DNA of 64,000 nt from NCBI RefSeq assembly GCF_009914755.1, contig NC_060947.1, one strand, 5' to 3'. Under the pieces are notes generated by a model that did not search any database, was not told where the DNA came from, and was given only the letters and a program-made list of their open reading frames with translations. Of the stretch, positions 1-13,291 are shown piece by piece (the first letter of the stretch is position 1; each line of letters begins with the position of its first letter). The DNA comes from the human T2T-CHM13v2.0 reference genome, Homo sapiens. The translations under genes were made by a program, and so were the position numbers.

Positions 1-3000
1 TGTCTTTCTGTGCCTGGCTCATTTCACTTAACGTAATGAACTCCAGTCCCACCCATATTGTTGCCAATGACAGGATCTCATTCTTTTTATGGCTCAATAA
101 TCTACATTGTGTATATCCGCCACATTTGCATTATCCATTCATCTATTGATGGGCATTAAGTTTGCTCCCAAATCTTGTCTATTGTGAAGAGTGCTGCAAT
201 AAGCATGGCAGTGCGGATATTTCTCCAACATACTGGTTTCCTTTCTTTTGGATATATATCTAGGAGTGCTGGATTATATGGTAGCTCTATACTTAGCTTT
301 TTAAGGAACCTCCAAACTGCTCTCCATAGTGGTTGAACTAATTTACATTCCCACCAACAGTGTACAAGGGTTCCCTTTTTGCTGCGTTCTCACCATTTTT
401 TTTGCCTGTGTTTTGGATAAAAGCCATTTTAACTGGGGTGAGACGGTATCTCATTGTAGTTTTAATCTGCATTTCTCTGATGATCAGTGATGTTGAGTGC
501 CTTTTCATATGCCTGATTGCCATCTGTATGTCTTCCTTTGAGAAATGTCTATTCAAATCTTTGGCCCACCTTTAAATTGTATTATTAGTTTTTTACCTAT
601 AGAGTTGTTTGAACTCCATAAATATTCTGATTATCAATCCCTTGTCAGATGGGTAGTTTGCAAATATTTTCTACCATTCTGTGGGTTGTTCCTTCACTTT
701 GTTGATTATATCCTTTGCTGTGCAGAAGGCTTTTGGCTTGATGTGATCCCAATTTGTCCATTTTTGCTTTGGTTTTCTATGCCTGTGGGTTATTGCTCAA
801 CATATCTTTGCCCAGTCCAAAGTCCTGGAGGGTTTCCCCAATGTTTTCTTGTAGTAGTTTCATAGTTTGACATCTTAGATTTAAGTCTTTAATCTATCTT
901 GACTTGATTTTTGTATATGGTTAGAGACAGTGGTCTAGTTTCATTAATCTGCATAAGGATATCCAATTTTTCCAGCACCATTTATTGAAGAGATTGTCTT
1001 TGGTTACCATAGCTCTGTACTATAATTTGAAATCAGGTAACGTGATTCTTCCAGTTTTTTCTTTGTGCTTAGGATAACTTTGACTATTCTAGGTCTTTTG
1101 TAGTTCCACATAAATTTTAGGACTTTTTTTCTGTTTGTGAAGAAAGTCATTGGTATTTTGATAGGGACTGCATTAAATCAAGATTCCTTTGGGTAGTATG
1201 GACAGTCTAACAATATTGAGTCTTCCAATACATGAGCATGGAATATCATTCCAGTTTTCTTGTGTCCTCTTTGATTTTTTGCATCAATGTTTTATACTTT
1301 TTAATGTAGGAATCTTTCACTTCTTTGATTAATTTAATTTCTAGGTATTTTATGTTATTTATAGTTATAGTAAAAAGGATCACTTTTTAAAATATCTTTT
1401 TCAAATTGTTTGCTGTTGGCATGTAAAAATGCCACTGATTTTTGTATGTTGATTTTGTATCCTGAAACTTTACCAAATTTATCATTTCTAATAGTTTTCT
1501 TGTGGAGTCTAGGTTTTTCCAAATATAAGATCATATCTTCTACAAACAAGGATAATTTGACTTTCTCCTTTCCAATTTGAATGCCCTTTATTTCCTTCTC
1601 TTGTTTGATCACTCTAGCTAGGACTTCCAGTACTATGTTGCACAACAGTGGTGAAAGTGGACATCCTTGTCATGTTCCTGATCTTACAGGAAAGGCTTTC
1701 AGTTTTTCCCCATTCAGTATGATAATAGCTTTGGGTCTTTCATATATAGCTTTTATTATGTTGAGATATGTTCCTTCTATATCCAGTTTTTTTGAGGGTT
1801 TTTATCATGAAGGGATATTGAACTTTATCAAGTGTTTTTCAGCATAAATTGAAATGATCATATGATCTTTGTCTTTCATTCTGTTGATATATCACACTGA
1901 TTGATTTGTGTATGTTGAACCATCCTTGCACTCCTGAGATAAATCCCACTCGGTCACGATGAATAACCTTTTTAATGTGTTGTTGAATTCAGCTTGCTAG
2001 TATTTTGCTGAGGATTTTCACATCAATACTCATAAGTAATATTGGCCTGTAATTTTATTTTTTTATGCATCTTTGTCTGGTTTGGGTATCATGGTAACAC
2101 TGGCCTCACAGAATGAGTTTGAAAGCATTCCCTTCTCTTCTATTTTTTGGAATAGTTTGAGTAGAATTGTTATTAGTTCTTTAAATATTTTCAGTGAAAA
2201 GTCATCAGGACCTAGGCTTTTCTTTGCTGGAAGCCTTTTGATTATGTCTTTTGATTATGATCTATTCAGGCCTTGGATTTCCTCATGGTTCAATCATGGT
2301 AGGTTGAATGTGTCTAGGAATTTTTCTATTTCCTCTAGATTTTCCAATTTATTGGCATATAGTTGTTCATGGTAGCCACTAACAATCCTTTGAATTTCTG
2401 CAGTATTGGTTGTAATATCTCCTTTTTCATCTCTGATTTTATTTACTTGAATTTTCTTGTTTTTTTTTTCTTAGTCTGGTAAAGGTTTGTGAATTTTGTT
2501 TAATTTTTCAAAAAACCAATTTTTTGTTTCGTTGATTTTTTTATGTTGTTTTCTTCATTTCAATTTTACTTATTTCTGCTCCAATCTTTATTACTTATTT
2601 TCTTCTATTAATGTTGGATTTGGTTTACTATTGCTTATCTAGTTCATTAAGATGCATTATTAGGTTGTTTATTTGATGTTTTTCTCCTTTTTTGATGGAG
2701 ACAGTTATAGCAATAGGCTTCCTTGATAGTATTGCTTTTGCCTGTGTCCCATAGGGTATATTGTGTTTCCATTATAATTTCCTTCAAGAAATTTTTCAGT
2801 TTTCTTCTTAATTTCTTCATTGACCCACTTGTCATTCAGGAGCATATTGCTTAATTTCCATGTGTTTGTATAATTTGCAAAATTCCTCTTGTTACTGAGT
2901 TCTAGTTTTATTCCATTGTAGTCAGAGAAGATGCTTGATATTATTTCAATTTTGTTGAATGTGTTAAGACTTGTTTTGTGAGCTAACATAGATATGTCCT

Positions 3001-6000
3001 TAAGAATGAGGAAAAGAATATGTATTCTGCAGCTGTTGGATGAAATGGTCTGTAAATATCTATTAGATTCATTTGGCCTATAGTGCAGATTACATCTAAT
3101 ATTTATTTGTTGATTTTCTCTCTGGAAGATCTGCCCAATTCAAAAAGTCCGGTGTTGAGGTCTCCAGCTGTTATAATATTGGTATCTATCTGTCTTTTTC
3201 ACTCTAATAATATGTGCTTTATATATCTGGGTGCTCCAGGTCTGGATGCATATATATTTACAATTGTTATATCTTTTTGCTGAATTGACACCTTTATCAT
3301 CATATAGTGACCTTTTTTACCTCTTCTTACAGTTTTTGCCTTGAAATCTATTTTGTCTGATGTAAGTATAGGTATTCATGCTCTGTTTCGATTTTCATTG
3401 GCGTGACATATCTTTTTCCATCTCTTTATTTTCAGTCTTTGTGTATCTTTATAAGTGTTCCTTTTAGGCAACTGATCAGATCACTGGATACCTTTTTTTT
3501 CACCCATTCACCCACAGTATGTCTTTTGATTGGAGAGTTTAGTCCATTTACATTCACTGTTATAATTGATAAGTAAAGACTTATTCCTGCCATTTTGTTA
3601 TTTGTTTTGTGTTTGCTTTGCGATCTTTTTCTTCCTCTTTTGTTTCTCCCTGTCTTACTTTTAGTGAAGGTGATTTTCTCTGGTGATTAATTTAGTTTCT
3701 TCCTTTTTATTTTTTGTGTGCCTGCTGTATGTTTTTTGGTTTGAGGTTAACATGAGGCTTGCAAATACTATTTTATAACCCATTGTTTTAACAGCTTAAC
3801 ACTGTCTCCATAAACCAACAGATGAGAAAGGAAAAAGAAAACTAATATAAACTCTATACCTTAGCTTTGTCCCCCTGATTTTTTTCAACTTTTTGTTGTT
3901 TCTATTTATATCTTGTTGTACTCTTTATGTCTTGAAAAGTTGTTATAGTCATATGTTTGGTTGGGTCATCATTTAGTCTTTCTATTTAAGAATAGTTTAC
4001 ACATGACAGTTACAGTATTATAATATTCTATGTTTTTCCATGCACTTACTATTACCAGTGAACTCTGTACCTTCAGATAATTTCTTATTGCTCATTAACG
4101 TTCTTATCTGCCTGACTGAAGTACTCCTTTTAGCATTTCTTGCAGGACTGGGTGTGTTAAAATCCTTCAGCTATTTTTTTTTCTGGTCTGGGAAAGTTTT
4201 AATTTCTCCTTCATGTTTGAAGGATATTTTTGCTGGACATACAATTGTAGGACAATAGTAGGATAATTTTTTTCCCCCTTGCAGCACTTTAAATGTGTCT
4301 TGCTACTCTCTCCTGCCCTGTAAGGTTTCCACTGAAAAGCCTGCTGCCAGATGTATTGGAGCTCCATTGTATGTGATTTATTTCTTTTCTCTTCCTCCTT
4401 TTAGGATCCTTCCTTTATGCTTGACTTTTGACAGTTTGATTATTAAATTCCTGGAAGTAGTCTTGTTTGGGTTAAATATGCTTGGTATTCTATAACCTTC
4501 TTTTACTTGGATATTGATATCTTTCTCTAGGTTTCTGACATTCTGTTATTATCCCTTTGAATAAACTTTCTACACTTATCTCTTTCTCTACCTCCTCTTT
4601 AAGGCAAATAACTCTTAGATTTGTTCTTTTGAGGCTGTTTTCTAGATCTTATAGGCATACTTCATTCTTTTTTCTTCTTTTTTCTCTTCCTTCTCTGTAT
4701 TTTCAAATAGCTTGACTTCAAGCTCACTAATTCTTTCTTCTACTTGGTCAATTTTGCTATTAAAAGACTCCAATGCATCTCCTTTCTGTCAATTGCATTT
4801 TTCAGCCCCATAATTTCTACTTGATACTTTTTGTTTCGATCTCTTTGTTGAATTTATCTAACAGAATTCTGAATTCCTTCTGTGTGATTTCTTGATTTTT
4901 TTTTTTTTTAGTTTCCTCAAAATAGCTATTTTAAATTCTCTGTCTCAAATGCCACATATCTCTGTTTCTCCAGGATTGGTCCCTGGTACCTTATTTAGTT
5001 CATTTATTGAGGTCATGTTTTCCTGGATGGTCTTGATATTTGTAGATGTTTATCTGTGTCTTTGCATTGAAGAGTTAGGCATTTATTGTAGTCTTTGCCC
5101 TCTGGGCTTCTTTGTCCCCAGTATTCCTGGGAAAGCTTTCTAGATATTCTAAAGGACTTCAGTGTTGTGATCTAAGCCTTACCTGCTTTAGGGCACACCC
5201 CAAGCCCAATAACATTGTGGTTCTTGCAGACTTGTAGAGGTACTGCCTTGATAGTCTTGAAAATATTTCAAAACAATTCTCTGAATTACCAGGCAAAGAC
5301 TCTTGTTCTCTTCCTTTACATTTTCCCAAACAAAACAAATGGATTCTGTCTCTCTGTTCTGAGCCACTGGGAGCTGAGGTGGAGTGACACAGGTAAACTT
5401 GTGGCCGCCATCACTAGTACTGTGCTGGGTCAGACCTGATGCCAGCATAGCACTGGGTCTCACCCATGGCCCACTGTAACCACTCCCTGGCTACTGTCTA
5501 TGTTTTCTCAAGGCCTTGGTGCTCTATAATTAGCTGGTGTTAAAGCCAGCCAGGCATGTGTTTTTCCTTTCAGGGAAGCAAGTTTCATCAGATCCTGGAT
5601 GGGTCCAGAGGTGCCATCTGGTAACCAGGGACCAGAGTCAAAAATCTAAAACGTCTATCTGGTGTTCTATTGTACGGCAGCTGAGCTGATGCTTAAACTA
5701 CAAGATGCAGTCTTTCCCACTCTTCCTTCCCATTTCCAAAGGCAGAGGAGCTGCACCCATCAGCCAATGCCACCACAGGCCTGTGAAGAGTACTGCCAGA
5801 CTACCTTTAATGTTCTCTTAAGGCTCAAGGGCTCTTCAGCCAGCTCATGATGAATACTGCCTGGCCTAGGAATCACCCTTCAGTGCATTGGGCTCTGCTC
5901 AGGCCCAGGTCAGGTTCAGAAATGCCATCCAAGAGCCAAGTCCTAGAATCAGAGACCCCAAGTACCTGCTTGATGGTCTACCCACTGTGGCTGAGTTGGT

Positions 6001-7077
6001 ACTTAAGGTGCAAGACAATGTCCCCTTTATCTTTCCCTCCTCTTTTCTCAAGCAGAGGGAGTCTTACCCCATAGCCACCAGAACTGGGAATATGCTGAGT
6101 TTCACCTGATGCCAGCAAGTCTCAGAGTGTCACTCAAGGCCCGTGTTGTACTACCTGGGTATCACTGCTGATTGTTCAGGGTCCAAGGGCTCTTCAGTTA
6201 GCAGGTGGTGAATTCTTCAAGACTGAGTCCTTCCCTTCAAGTTAGTGGGTTCCCTTAAGGCAAAGGGTGTGTCTAGATGTGTCATCCAGGAACTAGGGCC
6301 TAGAAAGATGACATGGATCTCAATTGGTGCCCTATCCTATTGTGGCTGAACTGGTATTCAAGGTACAAGACAAAGGCCTCCCAACTCTTCCCTCTCCTAT
6401 CCTCACACAGAAGGAAGGGGTCTCTTTTGGAGTCACAAGCTTTGAAGCCCGGGGTTAGGGGAGGGTTGAGTCCAGCACTCCTTTAGCTGCTCCAATTTGT
6501 GTCTTAGGAGGTCACATGCCCCCTCAGTCCACTGGCTCTGGGCCCAGGTCAGTACTAGGACTCATCTAAGATTTGCAGTCCTTGTGGCCTAGACAGCTTT
6601 TCAAGTTTAGGTCCCCAGAGCACTTTAGCCCATGGTGGCAAGACCTGTAGGACCTCAAGTTCTGACAGCTGGCATCAGTGATTTTCCTCTGGCTAGGACT
6701 GGTTTAAATGCTCCCTCCATGGACAGGTGTCAGCTGAGTTTCTGCTGGTTTTACTTTCTGCAATAACAGAACAGCACTGAGCTCATTGCCACACAATTGC
6801 TGCACTCTCCCTCTCCCCAGCACATGGAATCACTCTCTTCTCTATGCCACCACTGCTCAGGAATGGGGAAGGGGTGTTGGTGGTGATTCCAGACTCTTTT
6901 TGTGATCTCTTCAGCGCCTCTGTCAGTGCTATGAAGTTAAAACAAGGTACAATGCGTGCTCTCCTGATTTTTCATTCTTATGAAGGTGCTTTTATCATGT
7001 ACATAGTTGTTAAATTGGTGTCTTTGCAGGGGTATAATTGGTAAAGCCTTCAACGCCATCATCTTGCTCTGTCTCCT
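1..7077 (-). mobile_element. Near full-length degenerate LINE-1 (L1MA1-3-like); 3' end runs off the left edge
   Basis: Minus-strand ORF2 fragments (e.g. 338-556 [13 protein letters not shown]..., 1355-1645 IVLEVLAR...KVKLSLF, 2705-2989), ORF1 remnants ~4100-5100, GC-richer 5'UTR ~5150-7077 starting GGAGACAGAGCAAGATG on minus; many stops and frameshifts. Confidence 0.93.
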
Positions 7078-7286
7078 GCTTCCTTTCTTGGCATGTGATC
7101 TTGGCACATGTTGGCTTCCCTTCAACTTTCTCTATGAGTGGAAGCAGTATGAGACCCTCACCAGATGCAGATGCTCAATCTTGAGCTTTCCAGCTATCCA
7201 GCGTCATGAGCCAAATAAATCTTTTTTCCTTATAAATTACCTAGCCTTAGGTGTTCCTTTATAGCAACACAAAATGTACTAACACA
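7078..7286 (+). mobile_element. MaLR LTR 3' half (MSTB/C-like), abutting the L1 5' end
   Basis: ...ccctcaccagatgcagatgc...gagccaaataaatcttttttccttataaattacc...atagcaacacaaaatgtactaacaca is the typical MST LTR end. Confidence 0.75.
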
Positions 7287-7289
7287 ATG

Positions 7290-7735
7290 TTCAAATTTCT
7301 ATTTTAGATAATGACCTTTATTTAATATTTGCATAGCTATTTTTTGGATGGAGGGTCTAATTAAGAATCTCACCTTGCATATAGTTGTCATGTCTCTTTA
7401 TCTTCCTTTAATATAGAAGAGTTCTTCTCCAATATTAATTTTTTAAAATATTACAGGACAATTGTCTTATAGAATGTCCTACAATCTAGATTTGTATGAT
7501 TGTTTCTGCTTAATTTGATTTAGATAAAATATTCTGGGCAAGATTTCCACATATGTGACATCAGTGCTTCTTCCACTTGGGAAGCAATTTATGTCAGTTT
7601 CCCCCATCATGGGTAGGGCCAAGGTTTGATCATTGGATAAAGTGGTACTTTCTGGATCTTTCCATTGTAAAAGTTCCTCTTTCACTTTGTAATAAATAAG
7701 TGGTCTTTGAGTTGATACTTTGAGTCTCTATGTCC
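7290..7735 (-). mobile_element. Old L1MC/ME 3' end fragment
   Basis: ttgcatatagttgtcatgtctcttta is the reverse complement of the L1MC 3'UTR motif aagagacatgacaactaaatgcaa. Confidence 0.6.
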
Positions 7736-8199
7736 TTTCTTAAAGCCTGTCTCAGCCTTAAAGTACTCATCAGGAAACACTATCCTTCCCTCCACAATTT
7801 CCCAAATCTTGATTACTGAGATTCTCTGCTTTGCTTTTATATCATGCTTCCACATTTAACAATAAAACAGAGGTCCTTATCTCAGAGAGAGCTGATGTAT
7901 GGTTTATACTTCAGAAAAAGAATATGGATATATGGAATACACAAAATGAGAGAGGACAAGAAGAAGACTGTGAAAATCCTTGAAATATAGGAGAAAGGGT
8001 AGGAAGTTGATGGCAAATACATCCATAAATGAAGCTTTTTCTCATGGAGGAAAAAAAAAAACTACAGACATAGGCATCACCAATGCTTCTAGGTCATGAC
8101 CCTCAAAATTGCTTTCCTTGGCCAAGGGAGTAGAGCACAGCTTCTATAGACTTTGGAAGTAAACAGAAGTGGTCTGAAGCCTGCCTTCTTTTCTAGTAC

Positions 8200-8355
8200 T
8201 GGTGCCAGATCCAAGATCAGCCTCTCTGAGCCTCAGTGACTTCTTCTGTAAAACTGAAACAATAATACTTTGTCTCATATTTATAAAGTCTGCAAATATA
8301 GAGTGAGTGCATGTAAACTTCCTGGCATGCAAGAGGCTCTCAGTAAGAATTTGTT
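8200..8355 (+). mobile_element. MIR SINE fragment
   Basis: ctctctgagcctcagt...ctgtaaaactga...aataatact...cctggcatgcaagaggctctcagtaa resembles the MIR core and tail. Confidence 0.6.
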
Positions 8356-8679
8356 ACAATACCAGTCCCTTAACCCATAAACCTTGCCAAAATAAGAATT
8401 ATGCAGTTTTCTCAATGGGCAACTCAAGGAAGCAAAAACCTCACCTCAGCAGATTTGAATCGAATATTTGAATTTTCCCTTTGAGTTCTTAGAAACTTTC
8501 CGAATCGTATTTCACAATTTTTTTTTTCATTTGTATAACTTCTAGTACTTTCTGCATGTGATTTGGTTTTAAAAGATACAACATTACCTTTTATGGTTGT
8601 TATGTATAATTTTTGTTGTATTTTATATGTTCTTGTTGTAAATAATGATGTGAGTTATAATTGCTACAAGCAAATGTGA

Positions 8680-8910
8680 GTGGCAGTTTAATGCAGGTAT
8701 TAAGAGAGAAGGCATAGGGTTCTTTATTCTTCACTTACTAGCAAGACCCTGAGCAAGTCACAGACCTTTCTAAACATGTTTTCTCATTTGTAAGATAGGG
8801 ACAAGAATCACAGCTACTCATTGAGTTTTTGAGAAATGTTAATTATAAACAAAAAACACTTAGTAGACTACTTATAGTAAGCTCTTAGTTAACGTTGGCT
8901 GTTATTATTT
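8680..8910 (+). mobile_element. MIR SINE
   Basis: cacttactagc...gaccctgagcaagtcac...ttttctcatttgtaagataggg...atagtaagctcttagttaacgttggctgttattatt. Confidence 0.7.
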
Positions 8911-10187
8911 CTGTGGTTGGAATTTCTGTTCTGTGTTCATTTTCTCTTTAAGCAAACTAAGTCTGTCTATTTGATGGAGGCAGAATTAAGGGCATGCCAG
9001 AGTTATGGGGACTCCCATTCAATAGAACAATGAAAGGTTTCTTGAATCTGAAGGGGTCATCTTTTCAGGTCTTGGGCTGTGTGGGGACATTTGAATCTTT
9101 AGGTTGTGTACAGTTGCATCACCTTCACATAGGGAAAGCTCAAGTTGAAGCAGTTTTGGTGACTTTCCTTTCCATATGGAGTCTTACATATTCGCCCTTG
9201 TGTATGAGTCCCAGATCATCCTGCCAGATGAGCACCCACATCACAGAGTTGAATGGATGCAGAGTTGAGCTGCAGTTTGAATCCCAAAAGCGGCAGTCAG
9301 CACCTCTTGCGTGAAACCGAAAGCTGGAGCCTCATTTCCTGAAATAGATTGGTATTCTAGCTTTTTAATCTGCCAATCATAACACACAATTTGCAGCTAA
9401 AAATTTAAAACTAAAGTGTGTCTATGCATAAAAAAGCTAAACAATCATCCTTCAAAATGTGAAGGGTAGTTATTTGTGGGTGGAGGGACTAACAGTGATG
9501 TTTTGTGTTATTATTTTTTGCAGATCTGAATTTTCTGATTTCTTAAAAAGTAAATATGCTGCAAAGGTTATTCTTAAGTGACTTTGTAATGGATTCAATA
9601 TGGGAGACGTGAGACTTCTAAGAGAGTTTGAACGGGTGGAGCTGCTCTGAAAGATGGGACAATTACTAGGTTAAAAGGTGAACCCTCCAGGTATGGCCTC
9701 ACCTGGAAAAAAAGCCAGCTCCAGCAGGAACTCTCACCAAAAGATGAGGGATGGGAGTAGCCTTTTCTTGATTTTTTGAAAAGTCTTTGTAAACAGAATC
9801 ACTCTAAAAAGAATTTTCAGGTGCTCAATAGGACTGGGAATAGGCTTAGGCAAGCCAGGTGCCTGGAGAGAAAAATGCATGGAGGTGTCATTCTCAGGTA
9901 CTGACCCTATGAAGAAGTTCAGGCATCTTTTCCAGCACATGCCTGAGAGTGAGTGCTGCCTTACACTTTGCACCCTGGAGACCTCACTTGCCTCACTCTA
10001 GTCTGTCCTGGTGCCAAGAAGAAACTCCTAACTGACTGACCCCACGGAAATGAGCCAAGTCGGGTCACCACAATCAATAGTTGGATGGATCTCGGGGAGG
10101 TGGATCCTTCTCTCTACTTTTTGGAAATCTAAACTTCATTACCAATAGTATAGAATTATTTTTCATTTGTTTTTATATAATAGTTGG

Positions 10188-10558
10188 TGATATGGTTTGG
10201 CTCTGTGTCCCCATCCAAATCTCATCTCTTGAATTGTAATCACCATATGTCAGGGGAGGGGCCTGGTGGGAGGTGATTGAATCACGGGGGTGGACTTCTC
10301 CTTTGCTGTTCTCATGACAGTGAGTGAGTTCTCATGAGATCTGGTTGTTTGGAAATGTGTGGCACTTCCCCTTTTATTCTCTCTCTCTCCTGCTGACATG
10401 TAAGATGTGCTTTGCTTCCCCTTCACCTTCCGCCATGATTGTAAGTTTCCTGAGGCCTCCTCAGCCATGCAGAATTGTGAGTCAATTAAAACTTTTTTCT
10501 TTATAAATTACCCAGTCTCAGGTAGTTCTTTATCGCAGTGTGAAAACACACTAATACA
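10188..10558 (+). mobile_element. Solo MaLR LTR (THE1D/MSTA-like)
   Basis: TGATATGGTTTGG...CTAATACA termini; perfect 5-bp TSD gttgg at 10183-10187 and 10559-10563. Confidence 0.92.
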
Positions 10559-11059
10559 GTTGGCATCTTTAAGTGTTTGTTGGAACTTTGTGGGGTTGGT
10601 CAAGGAAAGATAGAATAAAATACTTTACAGTTATACAGCTTGGCTTTTTGTTATAGTCTTATTAAATTACCTCTATAGAGACTCATTTATCTTATAGAGC
10701 CAGGAAATAGATACCAGACATTAGGAAGAAGACAGCTTAAAAAATTCAGAACTTAATCAAGACTGAGGAAGTTAGCTTGAACATCAGTGAGGATTACAGA
10801 TTACTGCAAGCAGATGAAAGAAATAAAAAATGGCACCCCTTGAACTCAGAAAAGATCAACCTGTATGAAGAGCTCAGACACGGGATTCTATAATAGTAAC
10901 TGTGAAAAGGGCTCAGCCTTAAGCTCTCATAAACTTGAAGATACTAGAATGATTTCAACATAGTGAACCTGCTTGTACTCATTGTACAAGTATAATTTTA
11001 GATGCTGTTATAAGGCTGACTTCTTAGTTTAATTAAACAAATGTTCTGAAACATTATAA

Positions 11060-11950
<891 letters not shown>

Positions 11951-11960
11951 ATATTCTCCT

Positions 11961-12842
11961 TATAGTGGGTTGAATTGTGTCTCCCCAAAATATATGTTGA
12001 AGTTCTAACCCCTTGTACCTGTGAATGTGATATTATTTGGAAGTAGAGACCTTACAGATGTGATCCTGTTAACATAAAATTATACTGGATTAGAAAGGAC
12101 CCTAAATCCAATTACTGGTGCCCTTATAAGGTGAGGAAGATTTGAAGGCACAAAATATACATAGAAGCAAGATGGCCATGTGAAGATGAAGGCAGAAATG
12201 GGAGTGATGTAGCTACAAGTCAAGAAATGACAAGAATTGCTGCTAGTAACCACCAAAAGCTGGAAGAGGCAAGGAAGGATTCTTCTCCTCTAGAGACTTC
12301 ATAGAAAGCATGGCCCTGGCAACACCTTGATTTCAGACTTTTGCCCTCCAAAACTTTGAGAATTAATTCCTGTCGTAAAACAACTGTATTAGTTTATTGT
12401 CATACTGCTATAAAGAAATACCTGAAACTGCATAATTTATAATGAAAAGAGGTTATAAATTCCTGTACAGGCTGTACTGGAAGCATAGTGGCATCTTCTT
12501 CTGGGGAGGCCTCAGGGAACTTACAATCATGGTGGAAGGCAAAGGGAGAGCCAACACTTTACATGGCCAGAGCAGAAGAAAGAGAGAGAGTGGGAGAGAG
12601 GGGGTATGTGCCACACACTTTTAAACAATCAGATCTCACAAGAACTCACTATAATGACAGCAACACCAAGGGGGGATGGTGTTAAACCATGAGAAACTGT
12701 CCCCATGATCCAATAACCTCCCACCACTGTCTCCTACTTTCAGCATGGTGGATTACATTTCAACATGAAGTTTGGGTGAGACAGAGATCCAAACCCTATC
12801 ACCAACCAGTTGCAGTTACAGAAGCTTTAGGAAACTAATACA
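11961..12842 (+). mobile_element. MLT1B/C LTR interrupted by an MST LTR
   Basis: tatagtgggttgaattgtgtctcccc...gaagaggcaaggaaggattct...; resumes at 12802 and ends taggaaactaataca. Confidence 0.75.
12385..12801 (-). mobile_element. Solo MST/THE1-type LTR
   Basis: tgtattagt...aaaccctatca termini; TSD acaac/ccaac (4/5). Confidence 0.88.
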
Positions 12843-12856
12843 CCCCCTGAAGAGAT

Positions 12857-13030
12857 GCTATGGTACTCCTGACAGACTGGCTAGATTCTCACCAAACCCA
12901 TATCCTCTTCCCAGGCACATGGCTAGACTACATTTCCCAGCCACCTTTTATGTGGCAGGACCATGTGACTAGTTCCTGCTGATAGATTGTAAACAGAGGG
13001 GCTGTAACACTTCAATGGCTGAATTAAAAG
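12857..13030 (+). mobile_element. MLT1J-like LTR, 5' part (3' part at 24730-25000)
   Basis: ggcacatggctagactacatttcccagcc...ggaccatgtgactagttc motif; ends at the TSD aattaaaag. Confidence 0.65.
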
Positions 13031-13291
13031 AAATTTACAGATTCAAAGCAATCCCTATCAAAATTACAATGTCATTTTTCATGGAAATAGGCAAAAATAA
13101 TCATTAAATTCCAATGGAACAACAAAACACCCCAAATAGCCAAAATAATCTTGAGGTAAAATAACAAACTGGAGATATCACCCTACTCAACTCCAAGATA
13201 TAAAGATTGTAATAAAAACAACATGGTACTGGCATAAAAAGAGACTCATCAACCAATGAAATAGGATAGAAAGCCTGGAAGTAAAGCCATG

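Noticed and set aside
8994-9314. 106-aa ORF in unique sequence (also 45687-46040, 117 aa)
   Set aside because: No recognisable domain or supporting gene structure; length compatible with chance
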